Source: Promethearchaeota archaeon (lineage in GTDB: Archaea > Asgardarchaeota > Heimdallarchaeia > Hodarchaeales > Hodarchaeaceae). Taken from it: a DNA stretch of 14,382 nucleotides. Both the position numbers and the translations under genes were made by a program. A model generated the notes under the pieces. That model searched no databases, was not told the DNA's origin, and was given only the letters and a program-made list of their open reading frames with translations. The first letter of the stretch is position 1. Every line of letters starts with the position of its first letter. Below are positions 6,393 through 13,821 of the stretch, one piece after another. The stretch lies in NCBI GenBank assembly GCA_048939725.1, contig JBHLPG010000086.1, positions 1-14,382 of the forward strand. Reading direction: 5' to 3'.

Positions 6393-7634
6393 TCATAGTA
6401 AGAGTACAAACCAGATTATACTATATAATATGGTACCCAGTATAAAAAGGATCAGAATGGTCAAACCATACTTTGCCAAAAGTCCTGGTGTATATGGTTC
6501 TGGGGGAAGGAAATGCTTTAATGGTTCATTTTCGTCAAATATCATTTCAATATTCCTTTTCTTTAATTCCTCAAAGAATAAGTCAGGGGTATTAGCAGGT
6601 AATGCTTCTGGTGGGAGAACACCAGTTCCACTAATTCTTCCCTCGGCAAAAAGTTGAGCTGCAATCGCTGCTGGAATTCCAGTAAGTTCACCCATTGTAA
6701 TACTTGGTGTACAGTAAACCCAATGCACAGGTTTGTCTTGATAAGATCCAAAGATATCGATACGCGCAGAAGAAGCAGGAACTCCCCCTGCTGCAAAAAG
6801 CCTCTCTGTGGAATGTATGATTTTTCCCCAGAATTTTTGACGAGATCTCCCTTGAATCATATGGAAGTGCTTAAAAGATTCTAAAACTTTGTTATTCCAA
6901 TCAGGTGTTAACCCTCCTTTTAGGGTACACTCCGTTACGTTTGGTAAGAATCGGGGAATAGAGACTGGTTCTGGATGTCCGCAATCAAAGACATTCACCT
7001 TATTAATTGGATGAGGGAAATCAATTTTGACATTCCCTTTTCCAGCAGGAGCATTAATGAATTTTCCATTCTGATATGAAGGGAAGCTTCCCGTTACAGC
7101 ATAATAGACATGAAGAATGACTGCAAAACCTTCTGAATCAGCTGCACCTCCTGCCCAAGAGATGTTAAATCGAACAGGACCAGTATCTAGTTTATTATAC
7201 GCACGGAGAGCCATTAGGTTCGTCAAACCTGGAGTCCAACCATATCCAATGAAGATTGGAATTTTGGCTTCTTTCGCTGCAATATCCATCTCTAGCACTT
7301 CTTGGGTGGGATCAGGATCATCACAGATATCAACTAATGGAATTTTAGCTTCGATTGCAGCACTAGCAACTTTTGGGCCAAAAAAATAGAATGGGCCTAT
7401 TGCTGAGACTGCAATGTCATAATTCTTCATTAAATGAACCAGTTCTTTATGATTGGTCGCATCAACTTTAATAAGTTTTAAACGGGAGTCCTTTAATTGA
7501 GAGATCAATTTATTTGCTTTCTTTTCATTAATATCGGCAATTACTATTTCGGTCCATATTTTACCGAATTTCACGGCATCCCTCACAATGTAACTGCCCA
7601 TATCTCCTGCTCCACCTAATATTAGTAGTTTCAT
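6393..7634 (-). CDS. Saccharopine dehydrogenase family NAD(P)-dependent oxidoreductase with a C-terminal hydrophobic tail
   Basis: The N-terminal Rossmann motif is MKLLILGGAGDMGSYIVRD, and the ORF has the length and layout typical of the Sacchrp_dh N plus C domain family. The last ~30 residues, GLLAKYGLTILILFILGTILYSIIWFVLLL, form a predicted TM helix. The track starts at GTG 7643. I prefer ATG 7634 because AGGTGA (7645..7640, complementary to the archaeal 16S 3-prime end) lies 5 nt upstream of it. Confidence 0.8.
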   Translation of the reverse strand: MKLLILGGAGDMGSYIVRDAVKFGKIWTEIVIADINEKKANKLISQLKDSRLKLIKVDATNHKELVHLMKNYDIAVSAIGPFYFFGPKVASAAIEAKIPLVDICDDPDPTQEVLEMDIAAKEAKIPIFIGYGWTPGLTNLMALRAYNKLDTGPVRFNISWAGGAADSEGFAVILHVYYAVTGSFPSYQNGKFINAPAGKGNVKIDFPHPINKVNVFDCGHPEPVSIPRFLPNVTECTLKGGLTPDWNNKVLESFKHFHMIQGRSRQKFWGKIIHSTERLFAAGGVPASSARIDIFGSYQDKPVHWVYCTPSITMGELTGIPAAIAAQLFAEGRISGTGVLPPEALPANTPDLFFEELKKRNIEMIFDENEPLKHFLPPEPYTPGLLAKYGLTILILFILGTILYSIIWFVLLL

Positions 7635-7770
7635 ACCATTCACCTAGCTTTCTGAAGCAAAATTCTACCAATCTTTAAAAAAAAATAAACATTGCGAAGC
7701 TTCTAATAAACAAATAATTTTCTAAAGGAAGAATATTCTGTTGGTAAGAAGCACTTTATGGGATTAAATC

Positions 7771-8811
7771 ATGTCAATTAAAACTAATATCACCAAAATG
7801 TTAGGAATTAAGCATCCGATAGTAGCAGCTCCAATGGCTCCTTTCCACACAACTGAGCTGACGATTGCTGTTTCTGAAGCGGGGGGATTAGGTGTATTAT
7901 CTCAAATTGGTCTCTTAGATGAAAATAAAAATCCTATTGATGTAATGGAAGAGAATATGAAACATGTAGTTGAGCATACAGACAAACCATTTGGTTTTAA
8001 TATCCGAACTTCTAGATTAGAACCCTTTGCATCTGCTTTATGTAGAGAGATTCCTGAGTTCATTCTAAATAACCAGAAAATTCGAGAGCAGTGTATATAT
8101 GCTTTAACCAGTGCAGGATCAGCAAAACCACTTCCAAGTTCTAAATCGTTTCAAAAATTAAAAAAGAACTCCCAGATTCAGCATTTTCATGTTGCTCCAG
8201 CACTATGGTTGGCTGAGAAATGTGTGACTGCAGGAGTAGATGGATTAGTGGTTACAGGGAATGAGGGAGGTGGACACCAATCATATGAGAAAGTGAGTAC
8301 CTTGGTGCTACTTCAGCAGGTACAGCAGAAATTTCCAAATATCCCGCGAATTGCCTGTGGTGGATTTGCAACGGGTGAGGGATTAGCTGCCGCATTATCC
8401 CTTGGAGCGGGTGCAATAGCCATGGGATCCCGATTTATCGCTTCACGAGAATGTGAATTTCATCCTACGTATAAAAACGTCATTCCACCTGCTAAGGCGC
8501 AAGATACTATACTAGTCACGGGGATATTAGGGCCTATTCGCCTTTGGAAGAATAAATATAGTCTCCATCACGATTTAATTGCTGATCGAGAAGAAAAGTT
8601 AGTTGAAGAAGCAAGAATGGCTACTGAAGAATTAGCATCAGCAGCACGGGCATATGACCTAGCTTACCAAGGGAATGTGGACGATGGGGCAGTATTACTC
8701 GGTCAATCGATCGGTCTGATTAATAACATTGAAAGTGTGTCAGGGATTATTGATAGGATAGTGAAAGATGCTCAAAAAGCGATTAACAATATAAATACCT
8801 TACTTAAATGA
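7771..8811 (+). CDS. FMN-dependent nitronate monooxygenase / 2-nitropropane dioxygenase family protein (FabK-like enoyl reductase fold)
   Basis: Family motifs are GIKHPIVAAPMA...ELTIAVSEAGGLGVL at the N-terminus, GVDGLVVTGNEGGGH in the middle, and CGGFATGEGLAAALSLGAGAIAMGSRF. The true substrate cannot be called from sequence. Confidence 0.8.
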   Translation: MSIKTNITKMLGIKHPIVAAPMAPFHTTELTIAVSEAGGLGVLSQIGLLDENKNPIDVMEENMKHVVEHTDKPFGFNIRTSRLEPFASALCREIPEFILNNQKIREQCIYALTSAGSAKPLPSSKSFQKLKKNSQIQHFHVAPALWLAEKCVTAGVDGLVVTGNEGGGHQSYEKVSTLVLLQQVQQKFPNIPRIACGGFATGEGLAAALSLGAGAIAMGSRFIASRECEFHPTYKNVIPPAKAQDTILVTGILGPIRLWKNKYSLHHDLIADREEKLVEEARMATEELASAARAYDLAYQGNVDDGAVLLGQSIGLINNIESVSGIIDRIVKDAQKAINNINTLLK

Positions 8812-8934
8812 TTCAAAGATTATGGTTAGAACCAATGTATTTGAAGGATTTATACAAAAAATGATCATAAAATTGGTTTAGATGTAATCTTTGTTAAGAT
8901 TCCAAAGAAACCTTCCTATTCATGTGATAGAATC

Positions 8935-10635
8935 ATGAATTCACTAAATACTGATCAAGATCATGCAGGAAAAGACTTTATTCGAAAAATGATTTCAGAG
9001 GATGTGAAAAACAACAAAAACAATGGTCGTGTTCACACCCGTTTTCCCCCTGAACCGAATGGTTGGCTTCATATTGGGCATGCAAAGTCAATTTATCTTA
9101 ATTTCAGCATTGCAGAGGAATTTAATGGATTATGTAATTTAAGATTTGATGATACAGATCCAGCGAAAGAAAGTATGGAGTATGTAGAAGCTATCAAAAA
9201 TGATGTGAAATGGCTTGGATTCGATTGGGAGGATAGGCTATACTTTGCTTCAGATTATTTTGATCAGTTATATCAATTCGCTATAGAACTGATAAAAGCT
9301 GGCAAGGCTTATGTTTGTGATTTGAGCGTTTCCGAAATGAAAGAACAGAGGGGAACCTCTGAGGAACCAGGGATCGAAAGTCCTTATCGAAATCGACCAG
9401 TAGAAGAGAGTCTTGACCTTTTTGAAAGAATGCGTGAAGGGGAGTTTGAAGATGGATCCCGAGTCCTCCGAGCTAAAATTGATATGACTTCTTCTAACAT
9501 GTTAATGCGGGATCCAATCATGTACAGGATAAAGAGAGAACCGCACTATAGAACTGGAGAAGAATGGGTTATCTATCCCAGTTATGACTATACACATGGT
9601 CAATCTGATGCAATCGAAGGAATCACACATTCACTCTGTTCATTAGAATTTGAGACCCATAGACCTCTTTATAATTGGTATCGAGATCAATTATTAGCAT
9701 TAAACTTACTCAAATACCGTCCAGAACAGACTGAATTTTCTCGACTGAATTTAACCTATACTGTTATGAGTAAACGGCGTTTGTTGGAATTGGTTGAAGG
9801 TGGACATGTTTCTGGATGGGATGATCCTCGTATGCCAACGCTCGCTGGGCTACGGCGACGTGGTATTCCCCCTGCAGCGATAAGAAACTTCTTGGCAAAA
9901 GTTGGAATTTCAAGAAGAGAGAATTATATTGATGTTGGTCTCTTAGAAGCATGTGTCCGGGAGGAATTAGATAAAGAGTGTAACCGTGTTATGGCTGTAC
10001 TACGTCCATTGAAAGTTGTTATTCTGAATTATCCCGAGGATACCATTGAAGAAATAGAGGCTCCGAATCATCCCAAAGATGCGAGTATGGGGACACGAAA
10101 AATACCATTTTCGCGTGTATTGTTTATAGAGCGTGATGACTTTCTGGAGGAACCTCCAAAAAGGTTTTATAGATTAGCACCTGGAAGGGAAGTTCGATTA
10201 CGATATGCATATTTCATTAAATGTGTTGATATTATTAAAGATGATCATACAGGTGAGATCAAAGAATTATATGTTACATATGATCCAGAAACTAAAGGAG
10301 GATTCGCTCCAGATGGACGAAAAGTAAAAGCTACTCTCCACTGGATTTCAGCAAGCCACGCAATCTCAGCAGAGGCACGTTTATATGATCGTCTTTTTAT
10401 TAAGGAGAATCCGATGGAAGATGAGGATTTCATTCAAAATCTCAATCCTGAGTCTTTAGATAATCTTATATGTTATGTAGAACCAAGTCTTGCAAATATG
10501 GCTTTAGGAGCAAGGGTTCAATTTGAACGATTAGGATATTACTGCCTAGATTCAATTGATTATTCCTCTGATCGACTCGTTTTCAATCGAATAATAACCC
10601 TACGCGACACTTGGGCTAAGCTGAAAAAAAATTAG
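8935..10635 (+). CDS. glnS: Glutaminyl-tRNA synthetase (glutamine--tRNA ligase), bacterial-type architecture, 566 aa
   Basis: The ORF is collinear with E. coli GlnS as I recall it. Matching segments are [20 protein letters not shown] (HIGH), [63 protein letters not shown] (KMSKS variant), [28 protein letters not shown], and [11 protein letters not shown]...FNR...LRDTWAK at the C-terminus. Archaeal GluRS has RFAPNPSGPLH and lacks these GlnRS-specific blocks. A weak SD, GTGAT, lies 6 nt upstream of the ATG. Confidence 0.93.
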   Translation: MNSLNTDQDHAGKDFIRKMISEDVKNNKNNGRVHTRFPPEPNGWLHIGHAKSIYLNFSIAEEFNGLCNLRFDDTDPAKESMEYVEAIKNDVKWLGFDWEDRLYFASDYFDQLYQFAIELIKAGKAYVCDLSVSEMKEQRGTSEEPGIESPYRNRPVEESLDLFERMREGEFEDGSRVLRAKIDMTSSNMLMRDPIMYRIKREPHYRTGEEWVIYPSYDYTHGQSDAIEGITHSLCSLEFETHRPLYNWYRDQLLALNLLKYRPEQTEFSRLNLTYTVMSKRRLLELVEGGHVSGWDDPRMPTLAGLRRRGIPPAAIRNFLAKVGISRRENYIDVGLLEACVREELDKECNRVMAVLRPLKVVILNYPEDTIEEIEAPNHPKDASMGTRKIPFSRVLFIERDDFLEEPPKRFYRLAPGREVRLRYAYFIKCVDIIKDDHTGEIKELYVTYDPETKGGFAPDGRKVKATLHWISASHAISAEARLYDRLFIKENPMEDEDFIQNLNPESLDNLICYVEPSLANMALGARVQFERLGYYCLDSIDYSSDRLVFNRIITLRDTWAKLKKN

Positions 10636-10655
10636 CTACTCACAAAAAAAATGAA

Positions 10656-10727
10656 CAGCCCCGCCCAGAATCGAACTGGGGTCATAGGATTCAGAGTCCT
10701 AGGTGATAACCTCTACACCACGGGGCT
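10656..10727 (-). tRNA. tRNA-Gln (anticodon CUG)
   Basis: The minus strand reads AGCCCCG UG GUGU AGAGGUUA UCAC C UAGGA CUCUGAA UCCUA UGAC CCCAG UUCGAUU CUGGG CGGGGCU plus G at the discriminator position. It has a 7-bp acceptor stem, a 5-bp anticodon stem and a 5-bp T stem. U8, G10, A14, G18-G19, U33 and the T-loop UUCGAUU are present. There is no intron and no encoded CCA. The gene is followed by GUUCAUUUUUUUU (oligo-T). Confidence 0.93.
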
Positions 10728-10752
10728 CAATATGCATTTCAACATTTTCTTT

Positions 10753-10760
10753 TTAATTAT
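10753..10760 (-). promoter_or_regulatory. Candidate TATA box for tRNA-Gln(CUG)
   Basis: The minus strand reads CTATAATTAAAA, with TATAATTA centred about 30 nt upstream of the mature 5-prime end (10727). It overlaps the T-rich trailer of the upstream tRNA. Confidence 0.35.
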
Positions 10761-10769
10761 AGAAAAGAA

Positions 10770-10842
10770 CAGCCCCGCCCAGATTTGAACTGGGGTCGAG
10801 AGGGTCAAAGCCTCTTATGCTAGTCCACTACACCACGGGGCT
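10770..10842 (-). tRNA. tRNA-Gln (anticodon UUG)
   Basis: The minus strand reads AGCCCCG UG GUGU AGUGGACUA GCAU A AGAGG CUUUGAC CCUCU CGAC CCCAG UUCAAAU CUGGG CGGGGCU plus G at the discriminator position. The cloverleaf is complete. The acceptor stem and 5-prime half are identical to the neighbouring tRNA. There is no intron and no encoded CCA. The trailer is GUUCUUUUC. Confidence 0.93.
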
Positions 10843-10866
10843 AGAATTTCCTTCTCTTTCTTTTCG

Positions 10867-10874
10867 ATAATATA
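10867..10874 (-). promoter_or_regulatory. Candidate TATA box for tRNA-Gln(UUG)
   Basis: The minus strand reads TATATTAT, centred about 28 nt upstream of the mature 5-prime end (10842). Confidence 0.4.
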
Positions 10875-10974
10875 CACCCACAAAATTCTATATATCTGTT
10901 ACTTTCTAATTAAATCGCTCGGAATTTCCCTCTGTTGAAATTTTTTATGAGTCCAATAGATATGGGACGTTCAA

Positions 10975-12432
10975 TTATTCTTCAATTTCTTTAGGAATTA
11001 AAAATGAAAAAGTACTGCCTTTTCCCTCTCCTTCTGATTCCACCCATATTTTTCCCTGATGTAATTCGATAATTGATCTGGATATATAAAGTCCTAATCC
11101 AAGACCCTTTTCTTGAATCCTCGGAGTTTCTTTATCCTTATATAATTCAAATATTATTTTAGAATTTTCTGGTAGAACTCCTATACCTTCATCTTTGACT
11201 GAAATGATATACCCGTTCTTTGTATCACTTAATGTGACAATAATTTCTCCACTGTCCGAATATTTTACAGCATTCTCGATTAAGTTTCTGAGGACCTGGT
11301 GAATTCTGTGTGGATCAATCAATACAAAGGCTCTTTGCTTCTTTGTGGCAAACTTAATAATTAAATCGTTTTTTTCAACAAATTTTTCCATGTTTTTCAC
11401 AGAATGAGTAATTAAATCCCATAGATCGACTTTTCCTTTTTCTAATTCAAATAAACCTCTTCTCAAACGAGATAAATCGTAGCTTTTGTCAATTAGCTTT
11501 TCGATTCGACGATAATTTCTTTCAATGGCGGTGAAAATTTTCCTACGCTGTTCTTCGGTAAGTTCACCTTTTTCAATATACTGATGTAAGAGCTCGATGT
11601 TTCCCCACATGATAGATAATGGTGTTCGTATTTCGTGAGATGCAAAGTCCATTAATTGATTCTTAATTTCATCCAATTCTTTCATTTCTTCTAATTGGAA
11701 CTCAATAATCTGCCATGTGATATTTCTCAGATGTTTACGAGTGATAACGAGTATTAAAATGGTAACAGCCAACCCAATAGTGTTTAAGAATCCTCCAACT
11801 ATCAAGAAGTCCACTGTGTCTCCAACAGCCTTTATTGATTCCCCTGTTCCTCCTAGTAGGATAGCTAAAGCAAAGAAATGAAGATATTCTCTTCTAACAA
11901 GAGTTTTCTCTATGCTAGGAAAAAATTTGTCTTTATATTTTTGTAATAAACTGACAAAAACAAAAAAAATGATAATTGATTCAGCCAACAGAAAAAATGA
12001 AAAAAACCAGATATCAGTCAAGAATAGTTGGAATACGGATGCAAGGATCAATCTTCCTCTATCGCAGATCAAATATCTAAGCATTGAGAAAAACCCAAAA
12101 AATACACAAATTCCCACAATGATTTTTGTTATCAAGTCTTGGTTAGGGTAGTCAGTATCTAAAACAATAAATAAAAACAGGTAAATCAATATTGAAGTGA
12201 GTGCAACGATTGTTACAACACTTACTACAGTATTTAAGAGTTCTACTCCTTCTTGGCTATATAGAGAAATATACAAGTAATGTGTGAAATGATATCCAGA
12301 AATGGATAGGAAGAAGAGCAATAACACTTTATTTTTCTGTGTACGAAGATCATAGCTATCAAGAAGATAAAATAATCCCATAAAGAAGAATAATAAAGCT
12401 AAAATGGTATTGGTCACATATATAAATGACAA
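10975..12432 (-). CDS. Sensor histidine kinase with a polytopic (about 7 TM) N-terminal membrane domain; no adjacent response regulator
   Basis: About 230 N-terminal residues form successive hydrophobic helices. A coiled-coil linker (IIEFQLEEMKELDEIKNQL) follows. Kinase motifs are the H-box FASHEIRTPLS, the N-box NLIENAVKYS, G1 DEGIGV and G2 GLGLGLYISRSI. The start is uncertain: the track uses TTG at 12432, the first start-like codon after an in-frame TGA at 12462..12460, and the first ATG is codon 18 (12381). Confidence 0.88.
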   Translation of the reverse strand: MSFIYVTNTILALLFFFMGLFYLLDSYDLRTQKNKVLLLFFLSISGYHFTHYLYISLYSQEGVELLNTVVSVVTIVALTSILIYLFLFIVLDTDYPNQDLITKIIVGICVFFGFFSMLRYLICDRGRLILASVFQLFLTDIWFFSFFLLAESIIIFFVFVSLLQKYKDKFFPSIEKTLVRREYLHFFALAILLGGTGESIKAVGDTVDFLIVGGFLNTIGLAVTILILVITRKHLRNITWQIIEFQLEEMKELDEIKNQLMDFASHEIRTPLSIMWGNIELLHQYIEKGELTEEQRRKIFTAIERNYRRIEKLIDKSYDLSRLRRGLFELEKGKVDLWDLITHSVKNMEKFVEKNDLIIKFATKKQRAFVLIDPHRIHQVLRNLIENAVKYSDSGEIIVTLSDTKNGYIISVKDEGIGVLPENSKIIFELYKDKETPRIQEKGLGLGLYISRSIIELHQGKIWVESEGEGKGSTFSFLIPKEIEE

Positions 12433-12497
12433 ATAAAGATTGGTTAATGGAATACCATTTCACCTCTTTTCTCGACACTTGGATTTCGGGTATTCAA

Positions 12498-12520
12498 ATC
12501 ATATTATTTTATAATATGAT
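12498..12520. promoter_or_regulatory. Perfect 10-bp inverted repeat with a 3-nt spacer, overlapping a TATA-like core, upstream of the histidine kinase gene
   Basis: The sequence atcatattat-ttt-ataatatgat is fully self-complementary. It lies 66-88 nt upstream of the kinase TTG start and about 100 nt downstream of the radical SAM stop. It is AT-only, so it is weak as an RNA hairpin and more plausible as a dimeric protein-binding or TATA element. Confidence 0.3.
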
Positions 12521-12621
12521 GAAAGGCGGAGGACCCTCTTCATTCTAAATAAATAATGGCATAACAACATAACTAAACATATCTAGAGAAAACGTCCTCA
12601 GATTTACTGAATAACAAAAAT

Positions 12622-13752
12622 TTAAGAAACTGGTTTCCATAAAATACCAAGTTCTTCAGCTCTATCGCGAGCTAAGGCTAATTCATTGAAAGTTATCCCG
12701 CGATTGATCTCTGCATATTTATCACGATGCTTAAGAACTTGATGCATTGGCCGATATTGCCCCATAATGTTGACTAATGCATTTGGAACGTTTTTAGCAC
12801 ACCATTCTAAAATTGGATAACTATCTGCTTCCACTCGTCCAGGCATTACTAAGTGACGGATTACTATCTCACCAGATCCTTGATCGTGTGCCATTTTAAT
12901 ATTCCGAGTGATTACTTCCCAATAATTAGGAATTTTGGACATTCGTTTTGCAAAAGTATTGTCAGCATATTTTAAGTCTGGAAGCCAAAAATCCATAACC
13001 TCTAGTAAGAGCTTCATTCCTTCCTGACTCAGATACATGTTTGAGTTCCAAAGTTGACAGATGTTAACCTCGAACTCCTGAAGAGCGTGAAGAATCACAT
13101 GAAGGTTTGATGTAGGATCACCGCCTACCCAATTGATATTCCGAGCTCCTTCTCGTGCCAATGCCCCAGCAATAAGAGCAATCTGCTGGGGAGTTCGATC
13201 AACCCCATCAAGAATGTTTCCACTTTTTTTATCTCTCCATTCTTGACTAATAGAATAATTCTGACAGAATACACATTTAAAAGTGCATCCTGAAAAAAAG
13301 ATTGTTCCTGATGGGACTAATACAGTTTCCTCTCCCGTATGTAAAAAAGCGGAACTAACAATTGCTTCTTTTCCCACTTGACAAACACCAAGTTCGCCAG
13401 CGTCTCGATTTTTTTTGCATTTGCGCTCACAAAAACAACAGTCTTTAAGCATTTCATCTGCTAATTTTATCTTTAAATCAAGAAAGGATGGAGTTAATGT
13501 TGGGGGTATTTTGCTCGCGTGACCTCCTTCATCGTATTCAATAAGGATTTTATGAAATTTTTCAGCTATCCGTTCATGTTCTCGCCAAAGAACCTGTATA
13601 TCTGCCTGTAGGCTGATATCCAATGGAATAGACTTTACTAAGAGATACCGTGCTACTTTCTCTTCATGAATTAACTGGTAATATCGGTTTAGCCTCGTCA
13701 CAACTTCTGGAATTTTCCACACAGAAATAGAATCAGGTCGAGTTCGCCACAT
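12622..13752 (-). CDS. Radical SAM protein, PflX-like (COG1313-type putative activating enzyme; function unknown)
   Basis: The canonical CX3CX2C cluster motif is present in FFSGCTFKCVFCQNY. An additional upstream Cys-rich segment reads CCFCERKCKKNRDAGELGVCQ. The ATG at 13752..13750 is an unambiguous start. T5 follows directly after the stop codon. Confidence 0.8.
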   Translation of the reverse strand: MWRTRPDSISVWKIPEVVTRLNRYYQLIHEEKVARYLLVKSIPLDISLQADIQVLWREHERIAEKFHKILIEYDEGGHASKIPPTLTPSFLDLKIKLADEMLKDCCFCERKCKKNRDAGELGVCQVGKEAIVSSAFLHTGEETVLVPSGTIFFSGCTFKCVFCQNYSISQEWRDKKSGNILDGVDRTPQQIALIAGALAREGARNINWVGGDPTSNLHVILHALQEFEVNICQLWNSNMYLSQEGMKLLLEVMDFWLPDLKYADNTFAKRMSKIPNYWEVITRNIKMAHDQGSGEIVIRHLVMPGRVEADSYPILEWCAKNVPNALVNIMGQYRPMHQVLKHRDKYAEINRGITFNELALARDRAEELGILWKPVS

Positions 13753-13821
13753 CTTTCTCTATTAATCTTTGAAATTTGATGTATTAATGTATGTCTAAGA
13801 AACAAATCTCCATTTTATTTG

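Noticed and set aside
6430-7389. Four short ORFs overlapping the dehydrogenase gene (6430..6657 +, 6563..6796 -, 6654..6884 +, 7117..7389 +).
   Set aside because: All are nested within or antisense to a well-supported 414-416-aa enzyme ORF, and none has family motifs. They are typical overlapping artefacts.
7635-7643. The GTG start at 7643 given in the track for the dehydrogenase (adds MNG before MKLLILGG).
   Set aside because: The GTG lies inside the AGGTGA Shine-Dalgarno-like element, which is correctly spaced for ATG 7634. Family members normally begin directly with the MK-hydrophobic-GxGxxG strand. The longer form is kept as a possible alternative, not the preferred call.
8935-10635. The possibility that this class I synthetase is the expected archaeal GluRS rather than GlnRS.
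   Set aside because: The GlnRS-specific blocks are present ([40 protein letters not shown], and the C-terminal [10 protein letters not shown] ... LRDTWAK). The archaeal GluRS signature RFAPNPSGPLH is absent. The ORF is collinear with bacterial GlnS end to end.
10636-10974. The tRNA pair as an integration site of a mobile island that brought in glnS.
   Set aside because: I saw no integrase, no transposase and no direct repeat of a tRNA 3-prime segment anywhere in the window. Horizontal origin of glnS remains possible, but a mobile element is not supported here.
9764-12151. Antisense ORFs inside glnS (9764..9952, 10245..10433) and inside the kinase gene (11912..12151).
   Set aside because: They are fully contained in strongly supported genes on the opposite strand. 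Their sequences are compositionally biased and motif-free.
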